IMG/VR virus record: IMGVR_UViG_3300020183_000194
Span: 1-39,603 of that record
DNA from: a virus
Lineage: Duplodnaviria > Caudoviricetes
Length of the DNA stretch: 39,603 bases
Reading direction: 5' to 3' (one strand)
Shown piece after piece: positions 19,901 through 31,300 of the stretch (the first letter of the stretch is position 1; each line of letters starts with the position of its first letter). Made by a program: the position numbers and the translations under genes. The notes beneath the pieces are model-generated. The model made no database searches and had not been told where the DNA came from. It saw only the letters and a list, made by a program, of their open reading frames with translations.

Positions 19901-20616
19901 GAGAATCAAGACCGGTAAATTATTATTTTGCTCTTGAAAAGAGTATGTATCAAACAATTTCCGAAGAAATGATAAAATTCTTTGGAACAATAACCGAATT
20001 TAATAATATTATTGGTAAGCCACAATATCGATACGAAAGAGAATATCGAGAATTGATTAAATTAAGACAAATGTTTTTCGAAAGAATATCAAATACCCCA
20101 GACCTAGAAAAATATGTTGATTATTTTAAATGGATAGACAGCGCCATAACCAAAATGACTTATCAGTTGATTCCGGCAAGTGCTGATTTCTCGCCAGATA
20201 TTTCAGATGTTGTTGAAAGTCATGTATTAGAAAGAAACAAATACATGTGGAAATTGCCTTCAATTGAACTTGGAGCAGAGCCACCAATAAGTTCTGTTAA
20301 AACAATTGGAGAATTAAAATATAACTGGAAATACGGTCATGCTCCAATACCACTTACAGAAAATACAAATTGTATTTGGTGGAAAGAAAGAAGTGAAAGA
20401 AGTAGTGAACTAAATGGAATATTTCAAGTATTATCTACGGAATATAAAAAGAAGTTTACAAGAGTGGCAGATTTTGGTACAGATATACAAATATATGTAA
20501 ATAAAAATCCATCGAACACAGATGTTATAAAACCTATAACAAAAATTGGTTCGGGCGGATATTTAGAGATTGATGTACTTAAAATTATTGAGAAAAAAGA
20601 TTGTACGGACGAATAG
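16930..20616 (+). CDS. Baseplate wedge protein (gp7/P2 gpI-like KGT motif) with LamG-like domains
   Basis: NNLSYIQKSKGTEKSIRNLLRCFG near 18620-18695. LamG hallmarks ITVEFWLKK, WHHYSL, LFLDG, GSLDEFRYW, VYYKFNEG, plus a second diverged copy (KWNIAV...LSSVRYW...LHWDF). TAATG coupling. Confidence 0.75.
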   Translation: MSLKDLFGKKSTKILTSTNFEDLSKDVESTEYIVQELEERKLIKPEIDYTDPKNFAFFGSANKYYTDAIESIAKKYPYDGSSAEKLKWVKNSSDLQNYIFDNEYPRNNGYINLGFVYGATSSVSTDNYSNPANKEYISIKGGPNTAQNLDSFKVSKLFGTSNILDANENRESNLLLDGDNGITVEFWLKKNNLSGSSKQVVFDLWNSSSFGSDYGRFRLEIHPGISGEENEFFIEMSSGSDGISQFPIGQNLNICSGSWHHYSLSAINSGSNIEFKLFLDGILNEKVITGSSISRVYGPMLGYIGSLGTAVSGGNADLGYGKLSGSLDEFRYWKSKRTEKEISRFWFTDVNGGTNTDTANTDLGVYYKFNEGIYDTTSTDTRYDNKILDYSGRFSNGFWTGYISGSRSTNSAIVESSAAPKEFKDPVIYLTHPDVQSLLIEKQELGTLHDNNNSSMIYYTVPAWIVEDDQKNDSNKLYELTQIIGSYFDELFIKIKYLPSIKKVSYRNGRAFPYAMKLLESMGFMTQDLFTNSSILENLGNRNENVLYEERLFNIKNHIYQNIYNNLSYIQKSKGTEKSIRNLLRCFGVDEELIKLNIYSNDSVYTFDDRFLNTYYKKKLINFNDQDRVQGTIYQMTSSVDANSTSFILGDSQLSYYGSTLEAEIVVPLNFSPSEKFYFPKNFLTSSVLGVHSANPSSPGDTTWNGSDLSSLQIYIIKPDMDSSDGYFQLTSSYLGINLTSSFIKDLYTNQKWNIAVKLKHEKYPNSLKVIGADVGDYIFEFYAINTIQDFIQQEIYLTASVPEAIAENYFADSKRIYAGSHRQNFTGSILQNSDIKLSSVRYWLSYLENDIIKQHAKDPLIFGQSSPISNIETLYSGGLNELPQHKTLALHWDFNLVSGSDNGTGVGPTNSFDAKFTVLDVSSGSLTNNYGLIGQIANKTYTGVGDFFFRNNNDMVESGYISIAKHRLPENMMNSDLINILNQDDEIFTRESRPVNYYFALEKSMYQTISEEMIKFFGTITEFNNIIGKPQYRYEREYRELIKLRQMFFERISNTPDLEKYVDYFKWIDSAITKMTYQLIPASADFSPDISDVVESHVLERNKYMWKLPSIELGAEPPISSVKTIGELKYNWKYGHAPIPLTENTNCIWWKERSERSSELNGIFQVLSTEYKKKFTRVADFGTDIQIYVNKNPSNTDVIKPITKIGSGGYLEIDVLKIIEKKDCTDE

Positions 20617-20630
20617 GTTAGGAGTAAATA

Positions 20631-23600
20631 ATGACTGACATTAACACAAGAGGTAAACTCCCGTTTACTGTTGTAAGTTCTTCAGTAAATACTGGATACG
20701 CAGCACAATTAACTTCTAGTGTTGGTTATAATATTGATATAGTCAACCATCATAAAGATGAATATGGTGGCATAGAAAATTCTCCACTACAAGGTCCATT
20801 TACAAATCAACATGTTGGCGGAAATCAACACCGTCATGTTAAATTAAATGATGGAAATGATAATTCTGATAATAGACCAGAAGGTTATATAATTTCTGCT
20901 TCTGTTGGTTCTGTAAAAGTATACGGTCCAGATATAAAAGGTATAAACAAGCCAAGAAGTTTATTGACAAGAGATACAACTGCCAAATCGCCAGTTAACA
21001 TAAAAAACATAGAGACTAGTGGGAATATTGCCGGTAATTTCGAACATAATTATCAAGTTGTTCAAAGCGTTGGTCGCAGAACTAGTAATAATCTTGTTAA
21101 TGATAATTTTATAGCAAGTGGTAATTTAACAAGTCAATTTTTGCTCTCTAATAAAATAATAACACCAGCTAGTGCTTCTATAGGCACAACAGGTGCAGGT
21201 TTTTACACCGTTTATTTTACGGCAAAAATTATAAAAAATAATAATTTAGTTGATTCAGGATATGGCATAAATTTAAGCTTAGTGTACGGCCAGCCAACTA
21301 CAAACATAGTAGAATCTGGTAAAAATATAACAATCAATTCAAGTAAAACAGGTTCTGGATTTGGACAAGTAGAAACAGCTAGTCAATTAGTGTCTATTAT
21401 AAATAATACCAGCAATTGGGTTTCTGGTGTGCCTAAAATTACCGCTAGTTTTGTGGGGCTATCATTAGCTGGCATTTCAGCTTTTTCATCACTAATATTT
21501 AGTGGTGGTTCTATATTTTATGACTACTCCCTTCCGAACATAATAAATAATAGCAAATCTATATTTGTTGAAAGATTTAGCGCTCCTGGTGGAAAAGAAG
21601 AAATTTCAAGAGGAGCACTTGACAGAGAAGGTGAAGAATATGCTCCAAACAATTCTTTAACAACAAGAAATATAAAAGTTAGACAACCATATTATAATCA
21701 ATTAACACAACATTCAGCTCAATTTAATTCTGGCAGCACTTATAAATTATTGCCAGATACTGGTTCAGTAAACGCGACAACAATACACGGCATTAATAGA
21801 AATACATTACAAAAAGTTTCTATAACAGGCTCTTCTTATTTTACTGGTTCTAAATATGATAACTTCTGGGTTCAACACGCAATTCCAAGAACAGACTTAA
21901 GATATAAGTGGATTGCTGATTCTGTAAGTTCAAGTCAACAACCAATAGAATATCAAAGTTATAATCTTCCCTATTCTACATCAAGTTTATATAATTCTAA
22001 TGGTGCTTTTAGTGATTTATCTTTTGAACTAACCGGTCCATTTGGAGATCATCTTGGTATAAGTGGTGCCATTGATAAAAATGAAATGTTTGTAAGCACC
22101 TATACAAATACGATGTATAGGGATAAGAAATATTTTGAATTTGATGAAACAAATACTTATGTTGATTTAAGCTCTGTTTCTCGAGAAATAAGTGAAAAAG
22201 ATTTCACAATATCTTTTTGGATGAAATCCGTTCAAGATGTAGTTTATAATTTAAATGAATTTGTTTCTTCTTTATCAGATAGTTTTGGTGTTGGTTCTAT
22301 AGATTCATCCCCACAAGCAATATTTTTTAAACCAGATGGTAGTAAATTATATGTTTTAGGGGCTACTAATAGGAAAGTGTTTGAATTTGATTTACCAACA
22401 AGATGGGATTTATCTGATGCACCCACTTTCATAACAACAAATACAGCTTCTATATCTCCTATTAATGGCAGCACCGTTAATCCAAGAGGTATGTATATAA
22501 AACCAGATGGAACAAAGCTTTATATAACTGCAAATGGGGGAAAATTAATACAATTTACGTTATCAACTCCATGGAGCATTAATACTACTGGAAGCGCTAT
22601 TCAATATCCAGTTTCTGAAGAATTTAATCCTACATCAATTTTCTTTAAGCCAGATGGAACTAAAATATATCTAGCCGGAACAAATACTGATACTTTATAT
22701 GAAAAGACTTTGTCTATTCCGTGGGATTTGACCACCACAAGCTCTGTTGTTTCAACTTTACTAACAGCTGTTGCATCTCCAAGAAGTGTAAATATATCAA
22801 AAAATGGCAAAAGATTAATTATAGTTGATAGCAGCCCTGACGAGTTAAAATATTACACATTTAACGAACCATGGAATTTGAGTTCCGGATTAGTTGCTAT
22901 TGAGCAGTATAGTTTGGATTTAAGTGTATATAGTCTCTTATCTCGTGGTATCTATATAAATGAATTTGGACAAAAACTATATTATGTTGGCGAAGATGAT
23001 CGTAGAATATATCAATTTAACATCGTCAATCAGCCACTTCCACTATTACAATATAGCGGCTCATCATCAGATAATAATTTATTATTAAATATAACTCCAT
23101 CTGGTTCAAATTTATATATAAGTGGAACCGATGTTAAAACTACAATAAAATCACTTCCAAATATTAATGATGGAGATTGGCATTTAATTACTCTTGTCAG
23201 CGATTTGAATTCACGAATTAGAAGATTACAATCTATTGATCGAGATGTTGCGGTAAATACAACAATAACTAAAATATATGTTGACGGCGGACTAGCAACA
23301 CAAGCAACACAATTATATAAAAAATTAGATATTTCTGGACTGTTTTTATCTTCAAGAGATAAAGTAAACCTTGGAAGAAGCAATTATAATTTACAAGATA
23401 TAATGTTATGGAACTCAGTTTTAACAGAAGAACAGATCAATGATGTTTATAGGATTAGTAAATCAAGTTTTGGAAAAGAACCAAAAAAATATTTACAACA
23501 CAAATTAGATAATCCAAATATTCCCACGCCAATACATATTTATTCAACAAGAGTAGAAGAAAATACTACAACCTTATTAGATGAATTAGGAAATACTAAT

Positions 23601-26600
23601 GGAACACTTGTTAATTTTACTGCTTCCGTAAATCTACAACCACAGAATACTGGTCTAATAAGTTATTCAACTTATTTCAACGGCCCATATCAAGGCGCAA
23701 GCTGGAAATCAATAAGAAATGCTGAACATCCAATAACAAGAAAATTAACTACTGAAAATACAAATATTATTTCGGTTGTTGTCCCAGAAGGACAACTAGA
23801 TGTATACAGAAATATTAATGGAACTCAAGTAAGATTTACTCTTCCAGGTTCAAAAAAACAAGGGACAATTTTAAATATCAAAGAAAGTCCTGTTTATATA
23901 AACAACAAACCATTAAAGCATAAATTTATTCTAAAAGATTCAACGGATCAAAATGTTGGTTTTGAATTGACGCATACATATGGAAATAATTTACAATATT
24001 TTGCCAACAAACAATTAAATGATACACTTGGTTTGGGTAAAAAAGAACGACAGATTTATGATACTTTATTAGATTATTATAATGGAAATACAGATGAAAA
24101 TGAAAATCCAATAGAAAGATTGGTTGGATATACATATAGCGAAACAGTATTTCCAAAATCAGGCCAAGCATTATTAAAAGATGTTCGTCAGCGAACAGAT
24201 TATATAACTGACGAACCGGGATATGGATTAGATGGATATGATAGGCAACTAGGAACTCAACGAGTATTCTGGAGAGATAATCAAGAAGACCGCATGAGAA
24301 CTCGAAATTCTTATATTAATTCTATTGGAAATACTTTTGATTCTATATATTTAGATTTGCCATTTCAGACTCCAAGTGTGGCAGCTCTTGAATTTATAAG
24401 CGAATCAAAAAATGTTGAATATATTAAAGATAATAACGCAAACATTAAAAGAAGCTTTTTAGATACATCTTATTATAATTGCTCCGAATTAAATCAAAAT
24501 TTAAACTTTATAGAATCAAGATATGTACTCAATCCAAGTCCTTCATATAGATTTAAATTAGCTTCTGTATCTCAAAATCCAGAAATATATTTTTTCAAAG
24601 GAAGTGGAGATCCAAGCAGAGAAAGCTATAATGTAATATTAAACAAAGTAGAATATCCAGATGTAAGCACAACAGATCCTTCTTCTTTGCGTTATTGTCC
24701 ATCATTTATATTTGAACATTCTTGCTGGATTGTAACCTCAAGTTTATCTAACCCTGTTTTACCACAATCAATTTATAATAATTTTACACACGATCTTGGA
24801 TTAACAAGGATAACTGAATTAATATCCGGTAAAAAACCTTGGCATGATTCTTATGAAGATTATTATGTAGATATAAAAACATTATCAAACGATAATTTGA
24901 AAGCTTATTCAAAAATATCTGAATTTAAAATTTCTGATAATATCGATAAATTAATTGGTGAATATGGTGGAGATCCTAAAAAGATAGCATTGAATAATTA
25001 TGAAAAAACAGAAAACTTTAATTATAGAGACTTGTTAGAACAACAAAATAGTAATTTTTGCGAACAAAATATTATAAGTATAGCTGTTAGTGGAATCAAG
25101 AAATTGCTTCCTTATAATGGGTTTTATCCACAAGATAGAAGTATACAACTTATTAATTATTTAAAGCAGTCTTATTTAGATACTAATGTTATGAGAGGCG
25201 GTTTGCTTCTTAGGAGATCTGCTGGTGATACAATTATCTATGATGATAGCGATCCATTAATAGAATATTATAGACAATCATCTTTTTTGGAACCTCTATA
25301 TTCACCTGGTATATTTTACAATTTAATTAAATCTGGAATAGCAGTAGATTGGTCGGTATATACGGGAAGTTTGCCAACACAAGATGGTGGCGGTTTATTT
25401 GTTGGCCTACAAAAAACTCCAAATTATAAAATAAATTTTGAATCTTTATTGGATTTAAAAAATATACCTATATCGTCTTCTGTTCAAAGCGAAGCAAATA
25501 GAATAATGAAACTTAAAGAAATAGATAGCTCTTATTCTGCTCTTGATTATTTAACCGGTGATGAATATTCTTTCCAAGGATTTTTTGAAAGAATTGGAGA
25601 AGGTTCTAAGTTATATTCTTTAAGTATTAATAACTTCTTAGCTGAAACGATAAATTTTTTCTTAAAGGATTCAAAATTAAATTCTTTTATATCAAAACCA
25701 GAGACAGATTTTGCTGAATTTGATTCAACAAAAACATATTACATGAATATTGTTTTAAGAAAAAAAGATATAGTTATATGTGAAGCTCATTCTTCTTCTC
25801 TTGCTTATAATTTTGGAAAAATGAGTGGTAGATATTTTGGTCCATCATTCTGGACAGGTTCATCTGGTGATTTCGATAGAATACAAAATGGTTTATTACT
25901 GGCCGAAACCCTAAGAGATCCGGCGTATTGTGCTTATACTCCACCATATTATTATGGGGATGCTATAGCCAGATTGTCTTTTAAACCTAATACAACTGGT
26001 AGATACACTTTAAATGAAATATTTCAAGAACTACAAATAGAAAGTATAAATACTGGATTTATAGATGATACAGTCTATACTTCTGGTAGCTTATATTCCT
26101 CTTTCGTAATGCCTGTTGAATCGTCTGTAAAATTAAAAGGACAGATTGAAGAAAGACAGCAAACAATCGATCTAGCATCGGTAAATAATATTATTGGGAA
26201 TTTAACAAATAATATATTAGCTTCGGGAATAGGAACAGCAACAAACGCAACAAATATAAAAAAGTGGGTTATATCTCCAAAGATGGAAGTCCCTGTGTTA
26301 GATTTTAGTAATCAAGAATTTATTACTTCATCAAATATTTTAACACAATCATATGCCGATCAACAATTAAAAGCACTACATTCTTATCACACTCCTCCAA
26401 CAGCTTCCGGTTTTGGAAGAGGAATGTGGAGCGGATATGGAGAAATACCAACTGGAGATAAAGGTATTTTTGTTGAGTTAAGAGAAAGTTATCCATCGGA
26501 ATTAATTGGAAAATACAATCCAGCAACAAAAACATTCACCCAAACAAATACCGCTTCGTTATTACAAGCTTGCGGTTTCCAACAAGTTAATTCTGAGCTT

Positions 26601-27356
26601 TCAAAGAAGATTGGTGAACTTGCCGATTCAAGAGAAATATCAGAAGCAATTGTTATAATTCCATATTTAGATAATAGCAGAGACGATCAAAATATAATAT
26701 ATTATAGAGGTGAAGATCCTCAATCGCTATTTGGAAATGGCACTGTTTCAATAGAAGGACACAACTTCTTCACGATTGATCGCACTATGTTTAATCACCA
26801 AAAACAAAATGTTTCATCAAACAAACCAGCTGTAGATAAAAAATTCTTCTTAGATCTGGAAGGAAATGTAGTAGAAACAAGCATCAGTAGAATGATAAAA
26901 TTGATGAGCAAATATGTGCTTCCACCAAATTTTGATTTCTTAATAAATCCAGATATCAAACCGTTTGTTATGTATATTTCTGAATTTACAAGCACTCTTG
27001 ATAAACAAGATTTAGCTGATATCTGGCAGGGTGTAATGCCTAAAATTGCTACAAGAGCCGAAAGAGAACAGCAAGTTATTTCTCATAAGAATTCTATATT
27101 TGATTTCTTCCACGGTCAAGGCTTACCGAAAGATGTTAAGTTCTTGATCTTTAAGGCAAAGAAACGAGCAGAGATTAATTATTATAAGATGACAGCTGAT
27201 TCAACTGACGATGGATTGTTCCCATCTATTCAAGCTGGTAAGCCACCATCGCCATATAGCTTTAATTGGCCTTATGATTATTGCTCGCTTGTTGAAACAG
27301 CGAGAGTTGATGTTGAAATAGAATATATAAATAAATCAGGAAGTAATATTACATGA
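20631..27356 (+). CDS. 2241-aa multidomain tail/baseplate protein (LamG, beta-propeller)
   Basis: AGGAG SD at 20620; FTISFWMK, NDGDWHLITL, KIYVDG and five KPDG.KLY-type repeats. Confidence 0.8.
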   Translation: MTDINTRGKLPFTVVSSSVNTGYAAQLTSSVGYNIDIVNHHKDEYGGIENSPLQGPFTNQHVGGNQHRHVKLNDGNDNSDNRPEGYIISASVGSVKVYGPDIKGINKPRSLLTRDTTAKSPVNIKNIETSGNIAGNFEHNYQVVQSVGRRTSNNLVNDNFIASGNLTSQFLLSNKIITPASASIGTTGAGFYTVYFTAKIIKNNNLVDSGYGINLSLVYGQPTTNIVESGKNITINSSKTGSGFGQVETASQLVSIINNTSNWVSGVPKITASFVGLSLAGISAFSSLIFSGGSIFYDYSLPNIINNSKSIFVERFSAPGGKEEISRGALDREGEEYAPNNSLTTRNIKVRQPYYNQLTQHSAQFNSGSTYKLLPDTGSVNATTIHGINRNTLQKVSITGSSYFTGSKYDNFWVQHAIPRTDLRYKWIADSVSSSQQPIEYQSYNLPYSTSSLYNSNGAFSDLSFELTGPFGDHLGISGAIDKNEMFVSTYTNTMYRDKKYFEFDETNTYVDLSSVSREISEKDFTISFWMKSVQDVVYNLNEFVSSLSDSFGVGSIDSSPQAIFFKPDGSKLYVLGATNRKVFEFDLPTRWDLSDAPTFITTNTASISPINGSTVNPRGMYIKPDGTKLYITANGGKLIQFTLSTPWSINTTGSAIQYPVSEEFNPTSIFFKPDGTKIYLAGTNTDTLYEKTLSIPWDLTTTSSVVSTLLTAVASPRSVNISKNGKRLIIVDSSPDELKYYTFNEPWNLSSGLVAIEQYSLDLSVYSLLSRGIYINEFGQKLYYVGEDDRRIYQFNIVNQPLPLLQYSGSSSDNNLLLNITPSGSNLYISGTDVKTTIKSLPNINDGDWHLITLVSDLNSRIRRLQSIDRDVAVNTTITKIYVDGGLATQATQLYKKLDISGLFLSSRDKVNLGRSNYNLQDIMLWNSVLTEEQINDVYRISKSSFGKEPKKYLQHKLDNPNIPTPIHIYSTRVEENTTTLLDELGNTNGTLVNFTASVNLQPQNTGLISYSTYFNGPYQGASWKSIRNAEHPITRKLTTENTNIISVVVPEGQLDVYRNINGTQVRFTLPGSKKQGTILNIKESPVYINNKPLKHKFILKDSTDQNVGFELTHTYGNNLQYFANKQLNDTLGLGKKERQIYDTLLDYYNGNTDENENPIERLVGYTYSETVFPKSGQALLKDVRQRTDYITDEPGYGLDGYDRQLGTQRVFWRDNQEDRMRTRNSYINSIGNTFDSIYLDLPFQTPSVAALEFISESKNVEYIKDNNANIKRSFLDTSYYNCSELNQNLNFIESRYVLNPSPSYRFKLASVSQNPEIYFFKGSGDPSRESYNVILNKVEYPDVSTTDPSSLRYCPSFIFEHSCWIVTSSLSNPVLPQSIYNNFTHDLGLTRITELISGKKPWHDSYEDYYVDIKTLSNDNLKAYSKISEFKISDNIDKLIGEYGGDPKKIALNNYEKTENFNYRDLLEQQNSNFCEQNIISIAVSGIKKLLPYNGFYPQDRSIQLINYLKQSYLDTNVMRGGLLLRRSAGDTIIYDDSDPLIEYYRQSSFLEPLYSPGIFYNLIKSGIAVDWSVYTGSLPTQDGGGLFVGLQKTPNYKINFESLLDLKNIPISSSVQSEANRIMKLKEIDSSYSALDYLTGDEYSFQGFFERIGEGSKLYSLSINNFLAETINFFLKDSKLNSFISKPETDFAEFDSTKTYYMNIVLRKKDIVICEAHSSSLAYNFGKMSGRYFGPSFWTGSSGDFDRIQNGLLLAETLRDPAYCAYTPPYYYGDAIARLSFKPNTTGRYTLNEIFQELQIESINTGFIDDTVYTSGSLYSSFVMPVESSVKLKGQIEERQQTIDLASVNNIIGNLTNNILASGIGTATNATNIKKWVISPKMEVPVLDFSNQEFITSSNILTQSYADQQLKALHSYHTPPTASGFGRGMWSGYGEIPTGDKGIFVELRESYPSELIGKYNPATKTFTQTNTASLLQACGFQQVNSELSKKIGELADSREISEAIVIIPYLDNSRDDQNIIYYRGEDPQSLFGNGTVSIEGHNFFTIDRTMFNHQKQNVSSNKPAVDKKFFLDLEGNVVETSISRMIKLMSKYVLPPNFDFLINPDIKPFVMYISEFTSTLDKQDLADIWQGVMPKIATRAEREQQVISHKNSIFDFFHGQGLPKDVKFLIFKAKKRAEINYYKMTADSTDDGLFPSIQAGKPPSPYSFNWPYDYCSLVETARVDVEIEYINKSGSNIT
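22311..23025 (+). repeat. Five ~50-aa beta-propeller blade repeats
   Basis: PQAIFFKPDGSKLYV, PRGMYIKPDGTKLYI, PTSIFFKPDGTKIYL, PRSVNISKNGKRLII, SRGIYINEFGQKLYY. The first four are followed by a W[DSN][LI] motif. Confidence 0.85.
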
Positions 27357-28381
27357 CCTTTTTTAATCAAAAAGAAGAAGTTATAGAAATTGAATTAACG
27401 CAATATGGAAAATATCTTCTTTCACGAGGAAAATTAAAACCTGTATATTATGCTTTCTTTGATGATGATGTTATTTATGATGCGAAATATGCTGGTGTTG
27501 AAGAAAATAATGGAACTGCTGTTGAAAGAATAAAAAGCGTTCCAAGACCAAAAGTTCAATATGTTTTTACTGGAATAGAAGAACAAGTAAAAAAGAATTT
27601 AGAATTAATAAAATCCGGAAAAGAAACACTGGATTCACTTAGACTCGTTCCAACGGCAGATAAACACCATGTATTAAACAATAGAATTGGAACTTCCTTT
27701 CTCGGAGATAATAAAGTTGCTTCTTTAAATATAACAATGTTAAATGGAGAAATAGAATCAACAACATTATTACAAACCGGTTCACTAGATTCAAAACCAT
27801 TAATTAAAACTCCACTATTACAATTAAAAGATGTAGATTATCTACTATCAGAAAAAAGAGTTGGAAGTCAACCTCAATCCTCAGAAGGTATTACATACAT
27901 ATCAACATATCAAGATGGTACTTCAGTTGCTTTAGAGGAAGATTATCTATTAATTGAAGTTTTAGAAAAGAATGTTGAAAATGAAATGAAAAATTTTGAT
28001 ATAGAAATGTTTATTTGCGAACAGAATGAAACTACCGGTGAAGAAAGTTATATTCCACTACATTTCGACCAAAAATTTGAAGACTATAAGAATGGAATTT
28101 TATTAGATCCACAAACAACAGATATAGAAACCAGTTCTATTTTAAATCAACAAAAGAATACAGATCAGTTTAGAGTTGAGAATTTTTTTAATATATTAAT
28201 TGATAATGAAATAGAAAAAAATCTTATTTGCCAATTAATTAATAAGATGAAAGACAACAATACGCTATACGATCCGATGTATGATTGTGCGGAATATAAC
28301 GAACAATTAGCCGAACAACAAAGAACTTCAGGCGATTTGTATTCACCATCTTATAACGAAGATGATGTTAAGAAGTGTTAA
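27353..28381 (+). CDS. Baseplate/tail structural protein, paralog of 35081-36028
   Basis: MTFFN..EEVIEIELTQYGKYLLSRG.LKPVYYAFFDDDVIY aligns with MAFLD..DIILDAVLTDTGRYRLAKG..FRVAKFALGDDEINY. Confidence 0.65.
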   Translation: MTFFNQKEEVIEIELTQYGKYLLSRGKLKPVYYAFFDDDVIYDAKYAGVEENNGTAVERIKSVPRPKVQYVFTGIEEQVKKNLELIKSGKETLDSLRLVPTADKHHVLNNRIGTSFLGDNKVASLNITMLNGEIESTTLLQTGSLDSKPLIKTPLLQLKDVDYLLSEKRVGSQPQSSEGITYISTYQDGTSVALEEDYLLIEVLEKNVENEMKNFDIEMFICEQNETTGEESYIPLHFDQKFEDYKNGILLDPQTTDIETSSILNQQKNTDQFRVENFFNILIDNEIEKNLICQLINKMKDNNTLYDPMYDCAEYNEQLAEQQRTSGDLYSPSYNEDDVKKC

Positions 28382-28393
28382 AGAGGTATAAAA

Positions 28394-31300
28394 GTGGCTG
28401 CTACAACACAAGAAGAAATTTTATCTGGTATACTTCCAAGAGTATCTATTGAAAAAATTACTTTATCAAATCAATCAGATAATCTAATAATAAGTGTCGA
28501 GTTAAACATAAAAGAAGTATTAGATAATAATTTTTTTGGTAGCTGGTTTGATGATATAAATATTAAAAAATATATCTTAATCGATGTTGTTCAGTCGACT
28601 GATGCGCAATTAACAGAGGCACTTTCGTTTTCGAACGATATGATACAATTGTGTAATCTTTCTAGAGGTAAAAAATCAACAGCAGATACAAGAATTAAAG
28701 CACTTTCTTATTTAACTGGAAAGAAAAGTTTAAGAGAATTATTAAGATTATTAGAAACAAAAACAACAAGAGTTGCCGTTTCTCTTTCGGATACTGGAAA
28801 TAAAAACATAAAAGATTATCCCGCCTATACAAATAGCGACGGACAAAAGGTATACGAAATATCATATAAAGCAAATTTTTCATTACAAAATAATGTTGAA
28901 CCACAACATTTAGCGTATTTTGCTGTTTGTTCTATTGATTTACCAACATTATGTTCTGATTTAAGAATCGACTATGATATAGGAGAATCACTTGAAGAAA
29001 ACGGTAAAGTCGTTTCAGAAGTAATAATACAAGATTCAAAAATAGCCGGTTATAGTTATGTATATGTTGATAATAATGGCGTGGCTTGGTCTGGACCGGT
29101 CCATCAAAATGATGCTGGAGAGTGGAGAAGTGGAGACGATGAAACTACTAACTCAATAACACTTTCCAGAATTACAGTTTCTAACACTAAAATACAAGAT
29201 TTCAGAAACCTTGCTGAAATAGAAAGAATGTTTTTAGATTTTAATCAACAATATAATGCTCAAGGTGTTCCTATAAAAAATTCTTTTAGCTTAAACAACA
29301 CATTAAGGCAATTTACTAAAATACAATCAGTTGATTACAAAGCTGATAAAAATATGTCTGAATTTACTGATGCGTTTTCTTCTATTGATTCTGAAGGAAA
29401 TGTTAAATTTTTATTTGGTATTGAATTTGTAAATATATTAAAAAATTATTCTAAATTTTCAAAATTATACGATTCAAATAACGAGACTTTTAAAAGGGAA
29501 ACAATCTCAAATACAAAAATTTTAGATTTAAAACTTTTTAGAAGAAGAATAAAAAATTCTGTTTTATTAGATAATACCGGTGCTAGATTAAATTTAGAAA
29601 AATTAGATGAAAATGAACCCGATGAATTGATTTTACAAACAAAAGATATATCTTGGAAAAATTTATTAGACTTAAATAATGAAAAGGCAAGCATAAGAGA
29701 AACAGAACTGCTTGTCGATAATGATAATGAATTTATGAGATATTTTACCGGTGTAGATAAAACCTTTAAACAATTAAGTGATGGAGTTTATCAATATTAT
29801 ATTGAATTTGAATTGGAAGATGGAACGATACAAGTTATAAAAGATCAATTACTAAATCTTAGTTTGGCAAAAAACCAGCTTACTGAGTATTACAATAAAG
29901 TTAGTAAGCCAACTATGAGAAAATTTTTATTAGAATCACAAGATCCACACATAGATTCCCCAAAAGAAACTTCAAATAATTCCGTAATAACTGATTATGG
30001 ATATGATATAGTTTCTAATAAACTTTCTCCACAATTAGTTAGTAATTTATTGAGAGAATATAGAGGAAATAAAGCTGCCACTGCTCCTTGGGTAAATTCT
30101 GTTGCTATTTTTGGAACTGCTTTAGATGTTTTCAGTAATAGCATACAAACCGATGATGATAGAAGAAATATGATTAATTTTCTATCAACAAATTTAATGC
30201 CTAATTCAACAAATCCAAGTATAATATCAAAAATAATTGAACTAATCGATTATTTTATATCTTCATTATCGAATACATTTGATATACATGTAGAAAACAG
30301 AAATGATGTGTCTGCTGTTTCTCCTTTGAGTTCTAGAACAAGTAAGAGTTTTAAGGTTGTTAAGTTCTTTAGTGAAATATTTGATTCTAACTTTTTAAAA
30401 TCTTTTAATATCGATTATTTATCAACAACACCAGGCGAATTAGGAAGGCAAGATGGATTAGCCGTTTTAAACAAAAATAAACTTGTTGAAAGAGTTTCAA
30501 ATGAGATGTCTAAATTCTTTACCGGTGAAAACTTAACACTTAATTTCTCCGGAGAACAACAAGCAGTATCGGAAAATATAAAATATTCTTTTTTCACTCC
30601 AACTCGTTTAGATTTTCGAAATAGATCTGTTGTTTTTTCTGGAACTGAAAACGACAACAATACCGGACAAAATAGAGTATTAGAAAATTTTTATAATTCA
30701 TCAACGCAATACGAAAAAGCTCTTTCTATTTATGCGGATATTTTAAATTTTAAACTGGATGTGAATGGAAAAAATCGTCAAAGAATTTCTAATGAACAAC
30801 AAGAAAGACCCAATTTATCTCCTTCCGAAAGAACCGCAGCCAGAGTAAGAGAGCAAGTAAGAACATCGAGAAAATTAAATGATTTATTTTCAGATTTTGC
30901 TAGTATTACAATTAACAAATTTCAAACATCAGATTCCGCAGTTGTTCTTGGAAATTCTAATATAAAATCATTAAATAATTTGATGGGTTCACTTTCTTCT
31001 GGCGCTATAAGAAATAAACAATCAAATAATTTATCATACACAACAAACTCTTCGGCTAACATAAATAATATCATTTCCAATACAGAATTAGATTATGTTA
31101 AAGAACTTGCGAATAAAAATGCTAATAGCATTAAAATCATAAATGGTAGAGTTCTAGGATTTGATGGAAGAAGAACTTTTAGCGTATCTAAACTAAACAA
31201 GATTCCAAATCAAATCAGAGCTTTGATTTTAAAACCACAACAATTATCAACAAACATAAATGGTAATCTAGATTATACGGCTAATTTTTCAACTTATATA

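Noticed and set aside
4297-20616. Bacterial eCIS, tailocin or T6SS locus
   Set aside because: A gp55-like sigma factor, late-promoter motif, T4-type gp6 and very large accessory proteins fit a phage. No Afp-type ATPase, tube/sheath set or Tss genes were seen. Capsid genes are not in the window, so this is not formally excluded.
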